A DNA stretch of 63,381 nt, filler included, from Choristocarpus tenellus KU-1152 (GCA_964200185.2; 10 parts of 10 records of this genome joined end to end with filler, not necessarily neighbours in it); one strand, 5' to 3'; shown: positions 1 through 11,789, counted from the first letter of the whole stretch. Translations and numbers: made by a program. Notes: generated by a model from the sequence alone, not told the origin.

Positions 1-332
1 ATGTATGAATGTTGCTTTGTTACCAGGCGAGAGGTTTCACGAATGCGCTTGGGGAGCATGCGGTGAGAGGGAGGGTGTATATTTCGTCGGAATCGTCTCT
101 GTTGAGCACAAGACCGGTACCCTCAAAACATTTATGGGGAGTAATCTGTTGTAATTTTTATTGTAACATGCGACGATCACTACACATGACAATGCAAAAT
201 GTTTCAATATATTTTTTTCTAAGGGCTGTAAATGCTGCAGAGTATAAAACTTACACCTGATTTTTTTGGCTGACACCGAATACCAAAATTTGCTATCAAC
301 TCCCCTCACGAAAAAATCGTCCTACCCAGTGG

Positions 333-3300
333 TTACGCAGCAAGGAGGCGCTCGTGCGATGCCTGGTACCGCTGCTCCACCTTCAGGATGACGTCTTTGG
401 GAACGCTCTTGAGCTGGTAGGGTGGTGCATCTTGGATACTAGGCGGGTGGCCGATGAAGAGGTCGTGCGGAGGAGCGTTGGGGTCGATAGCAAGGTCTCC
501 CCCTATTCCACTCCATTCGGCGCTGTGCATGTTTTGCTTTACGCTAACCTTCACCCGCCCATCACCGCCTTTTTCAACGCGAAAAGCCCTGTACCTCGTG
601 ATGTTCGGGACACAGTTGACGCGACCTTCAAGAAGTCCTTAGAAGTTTCCCAGGTTCCGTAGGGTCTTCCAGTACACAGGAACCTCCGTGTAAGAGGCCT
701 GCAGCTCTTCACCCAGCTGTATTCTAGTGAAAATGTTTTGCCTTTTATTCCACGTGAGAACCTGAACGTGAAACGCAAGCAAGATAATTTTGAGGCGTGG
801 GCGAAAGAAACGAAGTGGAGAAGCAAGATATATATGTATATGGAAAAATCAATATACCAATTGGGTGATGCGTGCATTCTTGTCATTGTTTTGTTTCGAG
901 AGTATGTTAAGAAACAGTTTAGGCAGCTGCTCTTCTTGTAGGTAAATTTCGTAGTGGGGAAATCAAAAGTCGATCGATAAATTACAGCGTGCAACCATAA
1001 ACCTTCCAGGAATGCAACAGGCGTGGGCTGCAAGACTTGAGGCTGTATCTGTCCATAGAATAACACAATGTGGCTATCGAACTTGCATAATATATAGCTT
1101 GCCTAATTACCTGGAGAAGATCTGATCGATTTTGATGTGCGTGTGCCCCACCATCATAAAATGTATCTCGACAACACGAATGACACTCACCGCTACCAAC
1201 AGCCCCATGCATCCGATAAAGAAATTGTTCTTGTTCTCTGAGACGCAGTTGTCGACCTGGCCAGTTTGGGGAGTTGGGAGCGAGGGAGGGATAGGCGTGA
1301 GGCCGATATGTCAGCCCATTTCGCTGCGTTTCGTGAAGGAACAGGGTAGGTTTCCAGCATTGCTAGATCGTAATCTCTACATCACCGCCATCATACATGC
1401 AGGTTGCAACACACAAACTAAAACTAAAGACCGTGCAGTTAGTTACTTAGGGTTAGGTATTCAGCAAGGCTGTGTTGAGTAGGTCGTGTCAGGATGAAAC
1501 CTTCTTGCCTGCCAATGCGCGTGCTGGATAATGCAATTCCCCGAGTCATCGAGGCTGTTGCGGTACTTGTCGATAAGCCTTGTGAGGGCAAGGTGTGTGG
1601 CTGTCCAGACAAGGTTACAACCTGCGCGAACAATGATGTTAAACAACTGTTGGTAAAAAGTACTCTGCTCACTTACGAATTGTTTGTTTGGAGCTAAAAA
1701 GAGGGGTAATGTAATTTGTTTATGCATTGTAGAGGATATACATCCATATGGCTAATGTACATGTCTGCGATCTCCACTACCCGTTGATTAGCTCTTACGC
1801 CACTCTACAGTACGTACCTCCTCCAAGATTGGTAGGAGTGAAGAACACCTCCGCGAACTGGCCTTTGACGTGTGCAGCCATGATCTTCTGGCGCTCGGAG
1901 TAGCCCCTGATAAGGGGGACATGAACGAAAGGAAGGGGTAAAGAAAGGTCATCATGATGAATTGAATAGGTAGTGGAATTACGTGCGTTTGTTTTGTCGA
2001 TTATTTCTTGGGACTTTGCACTCATCCATGGGATAAAACATGGTCGTCTATTCTGTTCCGCGTGCGGCTGCAAAGTTCTTGTCGGATGGACTGTGCGCGC
2101 GTGTGGTTACCTGTCACCGCCGTGGGTAGGTGGGTGAAGTGCTGGGAGGGCGTGTGCTGTCTGGTTCGCGGCGTCTACGGACATGAACACGAAGCCGAGA
2201 GGTTTGCCGTCGGCTTTGGCCCGCATGGCATTGCTGGTGCTGTTGGCGATGACCAGCCGATCCGCTTTGATAAGCTGGCGAATGGGGGACAGCAACATCA
2301 CATTAATTTATCAAATAAATCTGCTCAGAGTTAAAAAAAAAGAAGCCGCTTGTTAACACGTATCAGGTTAGGGTTACTAACAAAAATGTAGTCTGGGTAA
2401 CAGTAGATGTTTGTGTTGGGATATGTTTTTATTGCTGCGTTCAAGACACAGACCAAGTTATCGGGATGGTAGGAAGTGCGCACGTACCGGTCTGGAATAC
2501 TGCTACATGACCTGCCCCTCCCACAGCCCGTGGTACACTATCAGGAGGCAGTCTGTCTTACAAGGTGTTTGGGCAGCTAATATAAGCAAGGTTTGTGGTG
2601 AGTGAGGCTACTGCTGCTGCCATAAACGCCTACGTGGGAGTCTTCATTCGCAAAAGGACACGGATTTACTTAGGGTTAGGAGGGCAATGACGGCGACCTT
2701 TCGCCACTGTATGCTTGTTGCAAAATTAACGCTGGACACCTACCTCTTGATGGCCTGACAGCTCCTTATTGATGGACTCGAGGACGGTGGAGTCGTTCGT
2801 GGGTTTTACACCAGGCGCACCGTGCCGCTTCTCTTTTAACGTGACACATATGTCACATTTCATAAACTCACCTCCTACCCTCACCCGGATGTTGGGCCTG
2901 TCCTCTCTTAGCAATCGGAGGAAGTATTCCTAGCTTACCCGCTTGGAAGGGTCGTCAGGATACACCCGTATTGCCTCTTTGCAAAAATCCTTGCATAGCT
3001 CCTAATTAAATTTTTTGGTTGTGTGGACAAGTGAGGAGTTATTGAGAAGGAACACTCGAAGAACACCCCTGCAACATCTCTTGAAGGCGGGCTGACAAAT
3101 ACATTTACTGAGAACGCGGATATTTGTATAGTAGTATATATATTGTATAGCAGTATATATTTGTATAACAGTAGTATATATTTGTGTTACAGTAGTATAT
3201 ATTTGTATAATAGTAGTATATATGTGTATAATGGTAGTATATATGTGTAAATGGTAGTATACATTTGTATAACAGTAGTATATATTTGTATAATAGTAGT

Positions 3301-3475
3301 ATATATTTTTTTGTATAAATAATAGTAGTATATATTTGACAAGATCAAGCAAGCTTACATCATGCGTTACGAAAGGGCAAATACAATGACCCAAATAAAT
3401 CTGCCATAAGCGTCATTCGGTTCGAGGGTCGCTGCCGTTTGCAGAGGCGACAAAGGAGGCGAATCTACCATCATC
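333..3475 (-). pseudogene. Intron-containing DUF7869/Sola-like DDD transposase pseudogene
   Basis: Minus-strand exons read ...EYFLRLLREDRPNIRVRVGGEFMKCDICVTLKEK (~2740-3000), ...GFVFMSVDAANQTAHALP (~2111-2275), YSERQKIMAAHVKGQFAEVFFTPTNLGG (~1817-1907), CNLVWTATHLALTRL (~1480-1621), VDNCVSENKNNFFIGCMGLLVAVSVIRVVEIHFMMVGHTHIKIDQIFS (1111-1256) and LGEELQASY...NF*GLLEGRVNCVPNITRYRAFRVEK (~333-716). The FxxCxxC, DNCxxxNKN and GHTHxxIDQxFS motifs are typical of this family. In-frame stops near 2930 and 640. Confidence 0.85.
3120..3336. repeat. ~21-bp AT-rich minisatellite (TATATTTGTATAAYAGTAGTA)n, about 10 units
   Basis: Visible tandem periodicity inside a transposase intron. Confidence 0.9.
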
Positions 3476-3575
3476 NNNNNNNNNNNNNNNNNNNNNNNNN
3501 NNNNNNNNNNNNNNNNNNNTTAATTAATTAANNNNNNNNNNNNNNNNNNNNNNNNNNNNNNNNNNNNNNNNNNNN
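3476..3575. other. Artificial contig-joining linker (N..TTAATTAATTAA..N). Further copies at ~6336, 11790, 18981, 37744, 40734, 43964, 54262, 57400
   Basis: Identical six-frame-stop spacer embedded in N runs, nine times in the window. Confidence 0.98.
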
Positions 3576-3813
3576 GGTGGTGGGGTGTGTACAGGTTGCC
3601 TTTCCCCTTTGTTTTTTTTTTTTTTCCCCCCTTTTCCTCCCCCCCCCCCCCCCCCCCCTTCCCCTCTCCCTGTCTTGTCCTATGATTATGCAGCTCCCAG
3701 TCACCACTTTGTAAACCAAAACCATGCGAAACCTCCCATCTCTTCTGCAGCAACATTCACGTACCTTGCCCGGTGCCCCCCCCCCTCTCTTCATGTTTTT
3801 TGTTGGCTGGCAG

Positions 3814-6261
3814 GCAAGGCAGCAGATGCGCTGGGGCGTAAGAATGCTATTGCCCTTGCTTGTGCCATCTTTATCACCGGTGCTGGGTTCATGACTGTAG
3901 CCCAAACATACACCCAGCTCTTGGTAGGTAGGATCCTCACTGGCCTGGGTGTTGGCTGTGGGTTTGTGGTGGCTCCTGTTTACATCACGGAGATCACCCC
4001 ACCACACATCAGGGGAAAGCTTGTGGCTATGACTGATATCATGATCAACATTGGCATCTTGCTGGGTAGGTCCTGTTGGTGTAAAAAAAGAATAAAGAAA
4101 TGCGATGGTGGGGTGCGTGAGGGCCACTTGCTGCTGGGAACCCCAGAGTCTTACGTTTACCCAATCATTGCGGAGAAGTTGACTTTTCGAATGCCTTCCA
4201 AGGGTAGTGCGTGTTCTTGCGTGTGTGCATCGCAGGAGTAACTTAACATTGCTCAGTACCAACAGACTTTCCTTCCTTTCTTCATTCCCAGTTCGCCCCC
4301 CCCTTCTTTCTCCTCTTGACAAGGTTAGAACCATGGTCCTCCTTGTTTCCAACCATACACGTTCGGTGGATTGGATAGAACAGAAACATCCAAGTACAAA
4401 CTGTTGGACTTTATTTCTGTGTGTGTGTGTGTGTGCCATGGTCAAATGCCAGAGCAAATTATGCCACTTTTTTTTCTTTGTAGTGTTTGTTTTTGTCAAC
4501 AAAAGTGAAAAACGCTCCCGATTTGTTTGTGTTCTGAGAAGCAGGAGAAGAAAAGGCAGAAATAGTTAGATGCTTTCAAGACCAGAAATAGAGTGGAACG
4601 AAATAATTCAAAAGGTGACGCCAATGGACATGTCACTGCGCTGATGAACATGACACGTGATGGGACACCAATGGAGACATGACAACAGACAACTACCCTT
4701 AAACCTAAACCTAACTCTACCTCTGACCCTAAACTTAAACCTAATTGTAATCCTAAACCCGATCCTAACCCTAGCCTCAACCGTAAAATGAAAAAAATCA
4801 AGAGGCAACGCCAGTGTCACTGGGCTGATGAAAATGACACATGGTGGGACACCAATTGAGGAATGATCAACAGACAACTACCCTAACCCTAACCCTAACC
4901 CTAACCCTAACCCCACTTTACGCAACAGTTTACACCGGTATTTTAAACTGGGGGGTATTGGGTGCACGGATAACCCACGTAAAAAAAATATACGATTCCC
5001 GCCCTGTAAGAAATCGTAGGTTGGTCAGTGGATGGATGGGCGGATGGGCGGATGGTATAGTCCTGTTCCTTCATCGGTATAAGCAATTCCACGCTATACC
5101 GTCAGCAGGTTCATTCTTAGTCATACCGACTAAGCCGAAAACCTACCTTTACATGGTAGAAATATATATATATATATTTTAAGTGAGATATATTTTATAT
5201 AATTGAACCTAAGAGATCGTTCCAGGTCTTTGCCCCCCTACTACAGACAGCTGGCAATTGCAAAGCATCAAAAGCTTCCCCTTCAAAACCTTGGTCATCA
5301 CATTGGGGAGAGAATTGGACAGTGAGAGGGAAAATGCCCCCCCTTTTTCACCTGTTGTGCATTTTTTGTTGTTGTATAGTTGACCCTTGCCCAGGCCCTT
5401 CCGACCGGTTCGATGACGAGACGAGGGTTCTTCGTGAGGTTTTTGTAGAGGTGGTTCGCGTTATTTGAGATGGGTCCTTGAGTGTTTGTGAGATCAAGAT
5501 TGAGAGGGAGGGTATGGCATTGTATCTCCCTTCACCCAACAGGAGTGAGGTTGGGTTAAGGCCACTTTGGAGTGGGCAGAGAGCACAGGGGGAGGGGTGT
5601 GTGTGGGATTGAAAGGGCCGTTAGACCTACACAAATAAGGGCTCAACAATAGTGCCAATCTGTTGAGATTCACGGTTGTGTACTGTGTTTTTCGTTGGGA
5701 CATTTTTTGAATCTCTTGTCCCTCAGGGTGATGTACCAATTGCTGCCTGTGTGTGGAATGCTAGGCACAAAGCGATTGGATGAAAAACACCTTGTTGCAC
5801 CTAGTGTGGGACACAAACGCCTCAGATTATGTATCTAGTTCCGTCCTCCTCCCCCATCCCCCTCCCCCTCCCTTCCCAAGTGTTTCGTACTTCCATCTAT
5901 TTACAAGATTTGAGAGGTTGTTTGACGCAATGGAGAGTGGGTATAATGTTCACGTTTACACAACCTATCGGTAGTAAATAACCAGTTCAGTGCAGTCCCT
6001 ACATCAAGAAAAAAAAAGGTGGTTTTTACCTTATCCCCTTCCCTTCCCTGGCTCTCCCCTTCCCCCCCCCTCCTGGAACTTGAAACAGGATATATCTCAG
6101 GATTTGTTTGCCAGGAGCTTGTGCCTGGCACGGGTTTGGAATGGAGGGTAATGTTGGGTCTGGGCATCTTGCCCCCTCTTCTGATCGTGTGCTGTCTGAC
6201 ATTCTTACCTGAGTCTCCTCGATGGCTTATATCTCAGGGACGGGTTTCGGAGGGATACAAG
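3814..6261 (+). CDS. MFS sugar porter (polyol/monosaccharide transporter-like), two internal exons 3814-4065 and 6089-6261, partial
   Basis: ADALGRK...GRILTGLGVG...PVYITEITPPHIRGKL followed by WRVMLGLGILP...LPESPRWL, which are sugar-porter signatures. AG/GT boundaries with a matching phase-1 junction. Confidence 0.93.
4614..4912. repeat. Two tandem ~180-bp units, each a ~80-bp unique head plus a telomere-like (CCCTAA)n tail
   Basis: Heads TGTCACTGSGCTGATGAAMATGACAC...GGGACACCAAT...ACAGACAACTACCC at ~4631 and ~4815. Degenerate CCTAAA/CCCTAA tail at 4696-4780 and a perfect (CCCTAA)5 at ~4881-4912. Confidence 0.85.
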
Positions 6262-6559
6262 GTGGGGGGAAGGGGGGGGGGGGGGGGGTGTCGCGAAGTT
6301 TTTTTTTTTTTTTTTATCGTTTTGCGGGGGGAACGNNNNNNNNNNNNNNNNNNNNNNNNNNNNNNNNNNNNNNNNNNNNTTAATTAATTAANNNNNNNNN
6401 NNNNNNNNNNNNNNNNNNNNNNNNNNNNNNNNNNNAAATCGAAAAAAGTGTGAAAAACGGACGCCGACACCCCCCCCCTATATACTTTGATCATAGGTTC
6501 CTTTCTGTCCTTGCGTACGCAGAGGAATGGGAATAATATATGCCACCATTTATTTGGGT

Positions 6560-7170
6560 TTGGTTAGGAGTTTCGACGTTTGCATGTGTCGGATTTCGAG
6601 TCTGTTCAAACTGGATTATTGGTTTATGTATGTTGGTCGTGCAGTTACGATGAAGAATAAGATATAAGGGTTAGGTTGTTCTAGGGCTGGATATGGGTTT
6701 GTTTAGTTGCATTAAGTGGGATTTGGTGAGCACATAAAGTGTTCTGTCGGTTAGGGTGTGTTTACCCACTGTTAGGATGAGGAATTGAAAAAAGACTATG
6801 GGCTGTTGCGACGTTGGTTTTTCGTTAATTTGCTTGCATGAGTCGTGTCTGGTATGTACACAAAGAGGACTGTCAGTTAGGGCCTGTTCTCCAGGTGTGT
6901 GCACGAAGAACCAAAACATATATCAGGTACTGTTTTAAATGTAGTACTTCGTTTATTTGCGTGCATGTGCCGGATTTAGTATGTGTAAACAGACGTGGTT
7001 ATCGCTGAGAGTGTTATGGTTGAGGTTGTTGGTATGAAGGAAGGGAAAAGGGTCAGGTCTTGTTATCGGTTTAGTGTACTGTATCTCTCATGTAACGTGT
7101 GGACGGATTCTGGAAGTGTATACGAATGGTTATTGGTCAAGGTCTATTGTCGTACGTTTCTCTGAAAGTA
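6560..7170. repeat. Highly diverged tandem array, ~126-133-bp period, about 5 units
   Basis: Recurring core TGCATGTGYCGGATTT...GGTTATYGGTTAGGG near 6587, 6716, 6842, 6968 and 7101. Confidence 0.65.
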
Positions 7171-7599
7171 TTTCAATATACATTTCCAGAGGTCCTGGGT
7201 TGGTGCTGTGCTTAGGAGCATCATGCGTGGACTTCGGTGTATGATTCTCCAAGGTTCGAAGGAAGACGAGATCGGTTCTAGTTTGTGGACACTTGGACAA
7301 AGCATGAGATGGTGCATAAAGTATTGAGAAGAAGAGGGGAGGTACGTTATAGTGTTAAAAGAATAAATAGCGGCTTTGAAAAGGACAGGTTATCCATCGC
7401 AGGCCCTGGCGAATTGTTTGGAAAGGTTAGCTGAGAAGATGGAGAAGAGTTGTTTAATTGATGTTTTATATTTTAGTTGTCTAAAACATCTGTATCAATC
7501 GACAGTAACATAGAGTTGACATCAGGAGATGCTTTCAGTACATCCTCTACAAACAGTATAAAAAATGCAAAGGGGTTGAATGTATCTAATTTTAGACTG

Positions 7600-7852
7600 C
7601 CAGTCAACACCCTCACCCATTATAGGATCACCCCAAAAACACCCAAACATTGGATTTTCTGCTGCATTCGAAAATGCAAAGGAGGGAAAAATGAAGACAA
7701 CAGCTTTTAAATCGTGATTTGCGTACATCTTAACAACTTCGAAACACTCAAAACCGCAAAAAAATAATGAAGAAGTCATAAATCGCCCAAATATTCCAGG
7801 CCCCAAATTGACAAACAGGGCGAATCCGGTACCCTCTCAGATACTTTGGTTC
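7600..7852 (+). mobile_element. MITE subfamily A-related copy (left end unclear)
   Basis: Ends in GCCCCAAATTGACAAACAGGGCGAATCCGGTACCCTCTCAGATACTTTGGTTC, the same right end as subfamily A. Confidence 0.7.
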
Positions 7853-8500
7853 ATGCGCTGAACGAACGCCTAAAGATTACGTGACACCATGAACTAATCT
7901 TTGATGGGTGAGAGATAAGAGATGTTTGGAGGAAATGCACCGATTCCATTTCCCAGTGTCCTGCGACACAAAGTATCCATTGGTAATAAGCCAAAGTATC
8001 TTAGAGGATAGGGCCCCGTCCATTTGGGGTCAAAATCCAATGTTTCGATTTTGATGAAATTTTGACTATCGTGTTCGTTAGAAAGTGTCATTATCCTTGC
8101 TGCGGACACACCTTTTCATAACGTACACATCTTCCTACTCCGAAACATTTTGGAGTAGGAAGATGTCATAAAAAAAAACCCAAGACAAGCCAAGCCCCAA
8201 ATGGACAAAACAGGGCAAAACTCGTACCCTCTAAAATACTTTCATCCAATGGATTAGGGTTCAGATACACACCGAGTGAATGCCCAACAATAATGTCACA
8301 CCAGGAATTAATTTACAACGAGTCAGAGTTAAGAGATGTTTGGGGTAAATGTACCAATTTTGTTAGGTAGTGTCCTGCGGCACAAGATACCAATTTGAAA
8401 TGGATTAGGGTGTGGAGACATACCCAGCGAATGCACAACTATTATATCACACAGTGAATCAATTTTGAACGGGTTACACTTGAGATATGAGCATCAACAG
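7853..8500. repeat. Diverged 151-bp tandem repeat (about 2.5 units) interrupted by a MITE
   Basis: GGATTAGGGT at 8251 and 8402. AGTGTCCTGCG at 7955 and 8369, a 151-bp spacing after removing the MITE and one TSD. Confidence 0.8.
7988..8247 (+). mobile_element. MITE subfamily A (~258-260 bp), TSD AAT
   Basis: TIR AAGCCAAAGTATCTTAGAGG...CCTCTAAAATACTTTCATCC, flanked by AAT on both sides. Confidence 0.92.
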
Positions 8501-9108
8501 TGACGTTTTCTTGGGCTTGAGATCTTCAAATTTGGTCGTGCTTGAAGTTTGGTGTCCAACCAGTTTTCAATTTCAGGGTGTGCTACAGGATACCCTCTAA
8601 ATATGTGGGAATATTTCGTGTCCTGTTCATGCTTTTTGTAGGTATGATGCAATAGCAGAAAAATTGTCAATGGCCGCGAGATGTGTATGGTGAATTATTT
8701 CTTTAACAGTAGGACCAACCGTATCTCCATATAGCGAGATTGGAATTGGAATTTGTACTATCTATGCGTTATTTTGTGGGAATTTGCTGAAACGGTTATT
8801 GACTTCCATGTTGGAGGTTCAATCATTGGTGGTTGCGTGGGGATGGGGGTTGTGCTTTGTTCGATTAGACTCTTCCAACTCTATTGGGCAGTTACGGTAA
8901 AATATGTACGGAGTAAAGTAGCAATCAATTAGTGTGAGTTATCAGAACCATTAACTAGTGATTAGTTGTATGAGAAAAATTCTCAAAAAAAAAAGAAAGT
9001 ATATATGATTTTATGGGGTTCTGCATGCCCCACTTAACTTTAATCAATCACTCTGCAGACACTAAGCAATCTCGCTGGATTTATTACCTTTATCCTCTTT
9101 GATAATTT

Positions 9109-9287
9109 GGCTCAGAGTATCTGGCACAGGGTGCCGGCTTTCCAATTGGGACCAATTTTTTCATTTCGCGATTTTTGGGTGATATGGTTCCGTACATTGG
9201 ATTGATAATGAAAGTGCACTTTTCTTGGTTTTGGTCCAAATAGACACTCTGGTGTAGACCCCCTCACCCCCCCAGATACTTTGAGTC
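9109..9287 (-). mobile_element. MITE subfamily B (~178 bp), TSD TTT
   Basis: GGCTCAGAGTATCTGG...CCCAGATACTTTGAGTC. The interior is the reverse complement of the copies at 18776, 20534 and 37861. Confidence 0.9.
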
Positions 9288-9473
9288 TTTGGGAGATACT
9301 TAACACAATATATTGAACCTTAGGTTTCTAACCCATCATCTCATCATGTTTACACAAGGAGATGCGATTCAAGAATTGCGGGAACCTGTTCCTTCAGAGG
9401 GCCATCTGTCCAAGAATTCAGACAGCTCAAGGCGACGATAGCGGGGTTGTCAAGAACCGTTGGCAATCTCATG

Positions 9474-9651
9474 GACTCAAAGTATCTGGGGGAGGTGGTG
9501 GTTTGTGAGGGGGCATCCGCTTCGGTCAAAAAACTCTTTTTTTTGCTTACATTTCAAATCCGACACGTGCGACAAAATCACACCAAAAAAGTGAAAATCG
9601 AAAAAAGGGTGCAAAACGAACGCCGACACCTCTCCCCAGATATTTTGACCC
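9474..9651 (+). mobile_element. MITE subfamily C (178 bp), TSD ATG. Partial copies at 6436-6492 and ~18954-18980
   Basis: GACTCAAAGTATCTGGGG...CCCCAGATATTTTGACCC. The interior AAATCGAAAAAAG...ACGCCGACACC is shared with 6436-6492. Confidence 0.88.
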
Positions 9652-9889
9652 ATGGTTCAGTCTGAAAGAGTTGACGACGGAAATCATCCCATCATCCAGG
9701 CCGCTGTACCCAGCACACGGCCTCTGGTTCGGCACGTACCAGTCAAAGTGGATCTTATAGAACCCATGTAGAGGGAAAATTTCTCAGAGAGGGGAAACAT
9801 TCTGGATGCTGTGAGCGTCAGAAGTGGGGCGAGCCGGAGGTCCGGTTCTCTTCGGAGAGTTTCGGGTCAGGAGCACACATTGTTTGCTC

Positions 9890-11789
9890 TACGACAAAGA
9901 GATCAATAACCCAACCACCGAAACTATTGGACGACTCGGACTACCACGACTGGCGGAGGCGTTTCATCGCGCATTGCAGATATACCCACTGCTTGAGTGA
10001 GTTGACAAGTGAAAGACCACTCATTCAAGAATGCTCTTACGAGGAAATTCTCTCGGACGGCTTCAGTGCGATTGATATCTGGATGGCCGAAGAGGCCTAC
10101 CATGCACTTACTGTTGCTCTCGTCGCACCCACCACCAGGGCACTCTGCCATGCACGCCAAAGCCCAAGCGAGCTTTTCCGAGCAATAGATGATTGGTTCG
10201 TGCCTAATACAGTGGGTAATAGCCAGCATTTGTTCCGTGAGTTTTTCACTTCAAAGGTGGAGAAGGGGGCGAATCCAATCCTGACCTTAAACCACTTGAA
10301 AGAGCTACGGGGGAGGATGCTATCAATGGACCTGGTCATCTCGGACAAGTTGCTGCTCCTACAGTTCCTGAGTACTCTTGGATTAGATTACAATACCGAG
10401 AAACACATGATGGCCTCGCAGAAAACACTATGTCAAGCAGACGTAGAGAAAACTGCTAGAGAGAAATATGCTTCCCTTCATCAGGGGAAGGACTCAAGAC
10501 ACAAGAACAGCCATGCTTTGGTCGTTAACATCTCATCACAAGGGAAGAGTCAGTCTCATCGCAACGGCCAAGGTCGCGAGGCCGAACATCAATTTCATGG
10601 TTGAAGAAAGAAACATGGTTCTAATTCCAACCCTAAACGTTCCAAGAGGATTTCTTGTGAGAGGTGTGGTAAGCATGGACATGAGAAGAGACAGCTTGCC
10701 CAAACCGCATTTGCGGCAAATGTGGTGGACGTGCCCATGATGCAACAACATGTACTTCGGTGTTCATGACTACGGTGCAGTCTGGGAAAGAAGAGATCGA
10801 GACCGAGGCGAATCCTTCCCATATTACTCTGGAAAGTACCACCAGCTGCGGCGATAATGAGCGATACGCACTACTGGTCACCGCTGAGGACTCTCCGAGC
10901 AGCGATGCTCCAGGCAAGTGTGGGGCAAACGAATGTTAGGTGTCAAGGTTTGGGGTTGGCCGCGAGAGAGAAGAATGGAATTTGGACAGTGCGACTTCAT
11001 GTCACATGACAAATATGATAACACACACGACTAATTACAAGTCTTGTGTTGGAGACCAAAGGGTAGTTACTGCTAGCCAAAATTCCTTTTGCATCGCTGG
11101 TCATGGTGATCTAACCATCTTGTCTCCGTCACATGACAACAAGGAGGTAGAAATACTCCTCCAAAGTGTCGCTCATGTCCCAGATCTTGGCTTCAATCTT
11201 TTCTCTTGCCAAGCAGCAGCTGATGTGGGTGCAAAAGGTACTTGCACAGCCAGCACATTCTCGTTGTTAGATGGAAAACTTATCTTCACAAGAGATCCTG
11301 GTTGTCATTATATCCTCCATGGTCAACGCATATTGCCGCGACCAGGTCGAAACGCTGAAGTTGCTTTAAAGGCTACTATAGCCCCCTCGCTTGCACCCCA
11401 CGCTCCCCACACCCACATCGACATTAACCTCTTCCACCGCTCTTATGGCCACGCACACGAGTCATTGCTCAAGTCCACCGTCACTTCAATGGGCATTACA
11501 TTAGTGGGTGAGCTGGAGCCTAAGTTGGATGCCGCCAAAGCCTTCAAGAAGTACCTGCCCGATATCCGGGGGGATGGTACTCCCTCTCGGGTCATGTGTG
11601 TACGGTTTAATAACGGGGGGGAATTTTATGAGGGTGCTTTCGGCGCTCTTTGCCGTGATCGAGGGATAAAACAGGGGTTTACACATGCAGACAGTCCTCA
11701 ATTTGATGGGGGTTGCTGAACATATGCTGGGTATTATTGACGTAGCTTCATTAGCTGCCCGCCTCCAGGCTCCACTACGTTTTCCTCAT
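9890..11789 (+). mobile_element. Degenerate Ty1/copia LTR retrotransposon (gag, Zn knuckles, protease, partial integrase), truncated by the contig end
   Basis: gag-like PPKLLDDSDYHDWRRRF. CERCGKHGH and CGKCGGRAHDATTC knuckles (~10655-10755, frameshifted). Protease WNLDSATSCHM. Pre-integrase LFHRSYGH. Integrase VRFNNGGEF...CRDRGIKQGFTHADSPQFDG. Protease-then-integrase order indicates copia. Confidence 0.92.

Noticed and set aside
3002-3394. 130-aa Tyr/Ile/Thr-rich ORF
   Set aside because: Translation of the 21-bp minisatellite.
4496-4801. GLGLG-rich ORF
   Set aside because: Translation of telomere-like TTAGGG repeats.
4641-4835. CTGATGA in both telomere-tailed heads as a hammerhead ribozyme core or snoRNA box C
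   Set aside because: No properly placed GAAA, stem II or stem III for a hammerhead, and no convincing box D or terminal stem.
7988-8247. P-element (CANRG) assignment of the MITEs, starting at CAAAG
   Set aside because: No 7-8-bp TSD exists at that boundary. The four outer bases are subfamily-conserved and exact 3-bp TSDs lie outside them.
6560-8500. CRISPR-like repeat-spacer array
   Set aside because: Units are diverged along their whole length with no identical short repeats and no cas-like genes, in a eukaryotic context.
9650-9890. LTR and primer-binding site of the copia element
   Set aside because: No canonical PBS is visible, and there is no second LTR on the contig for comparison.
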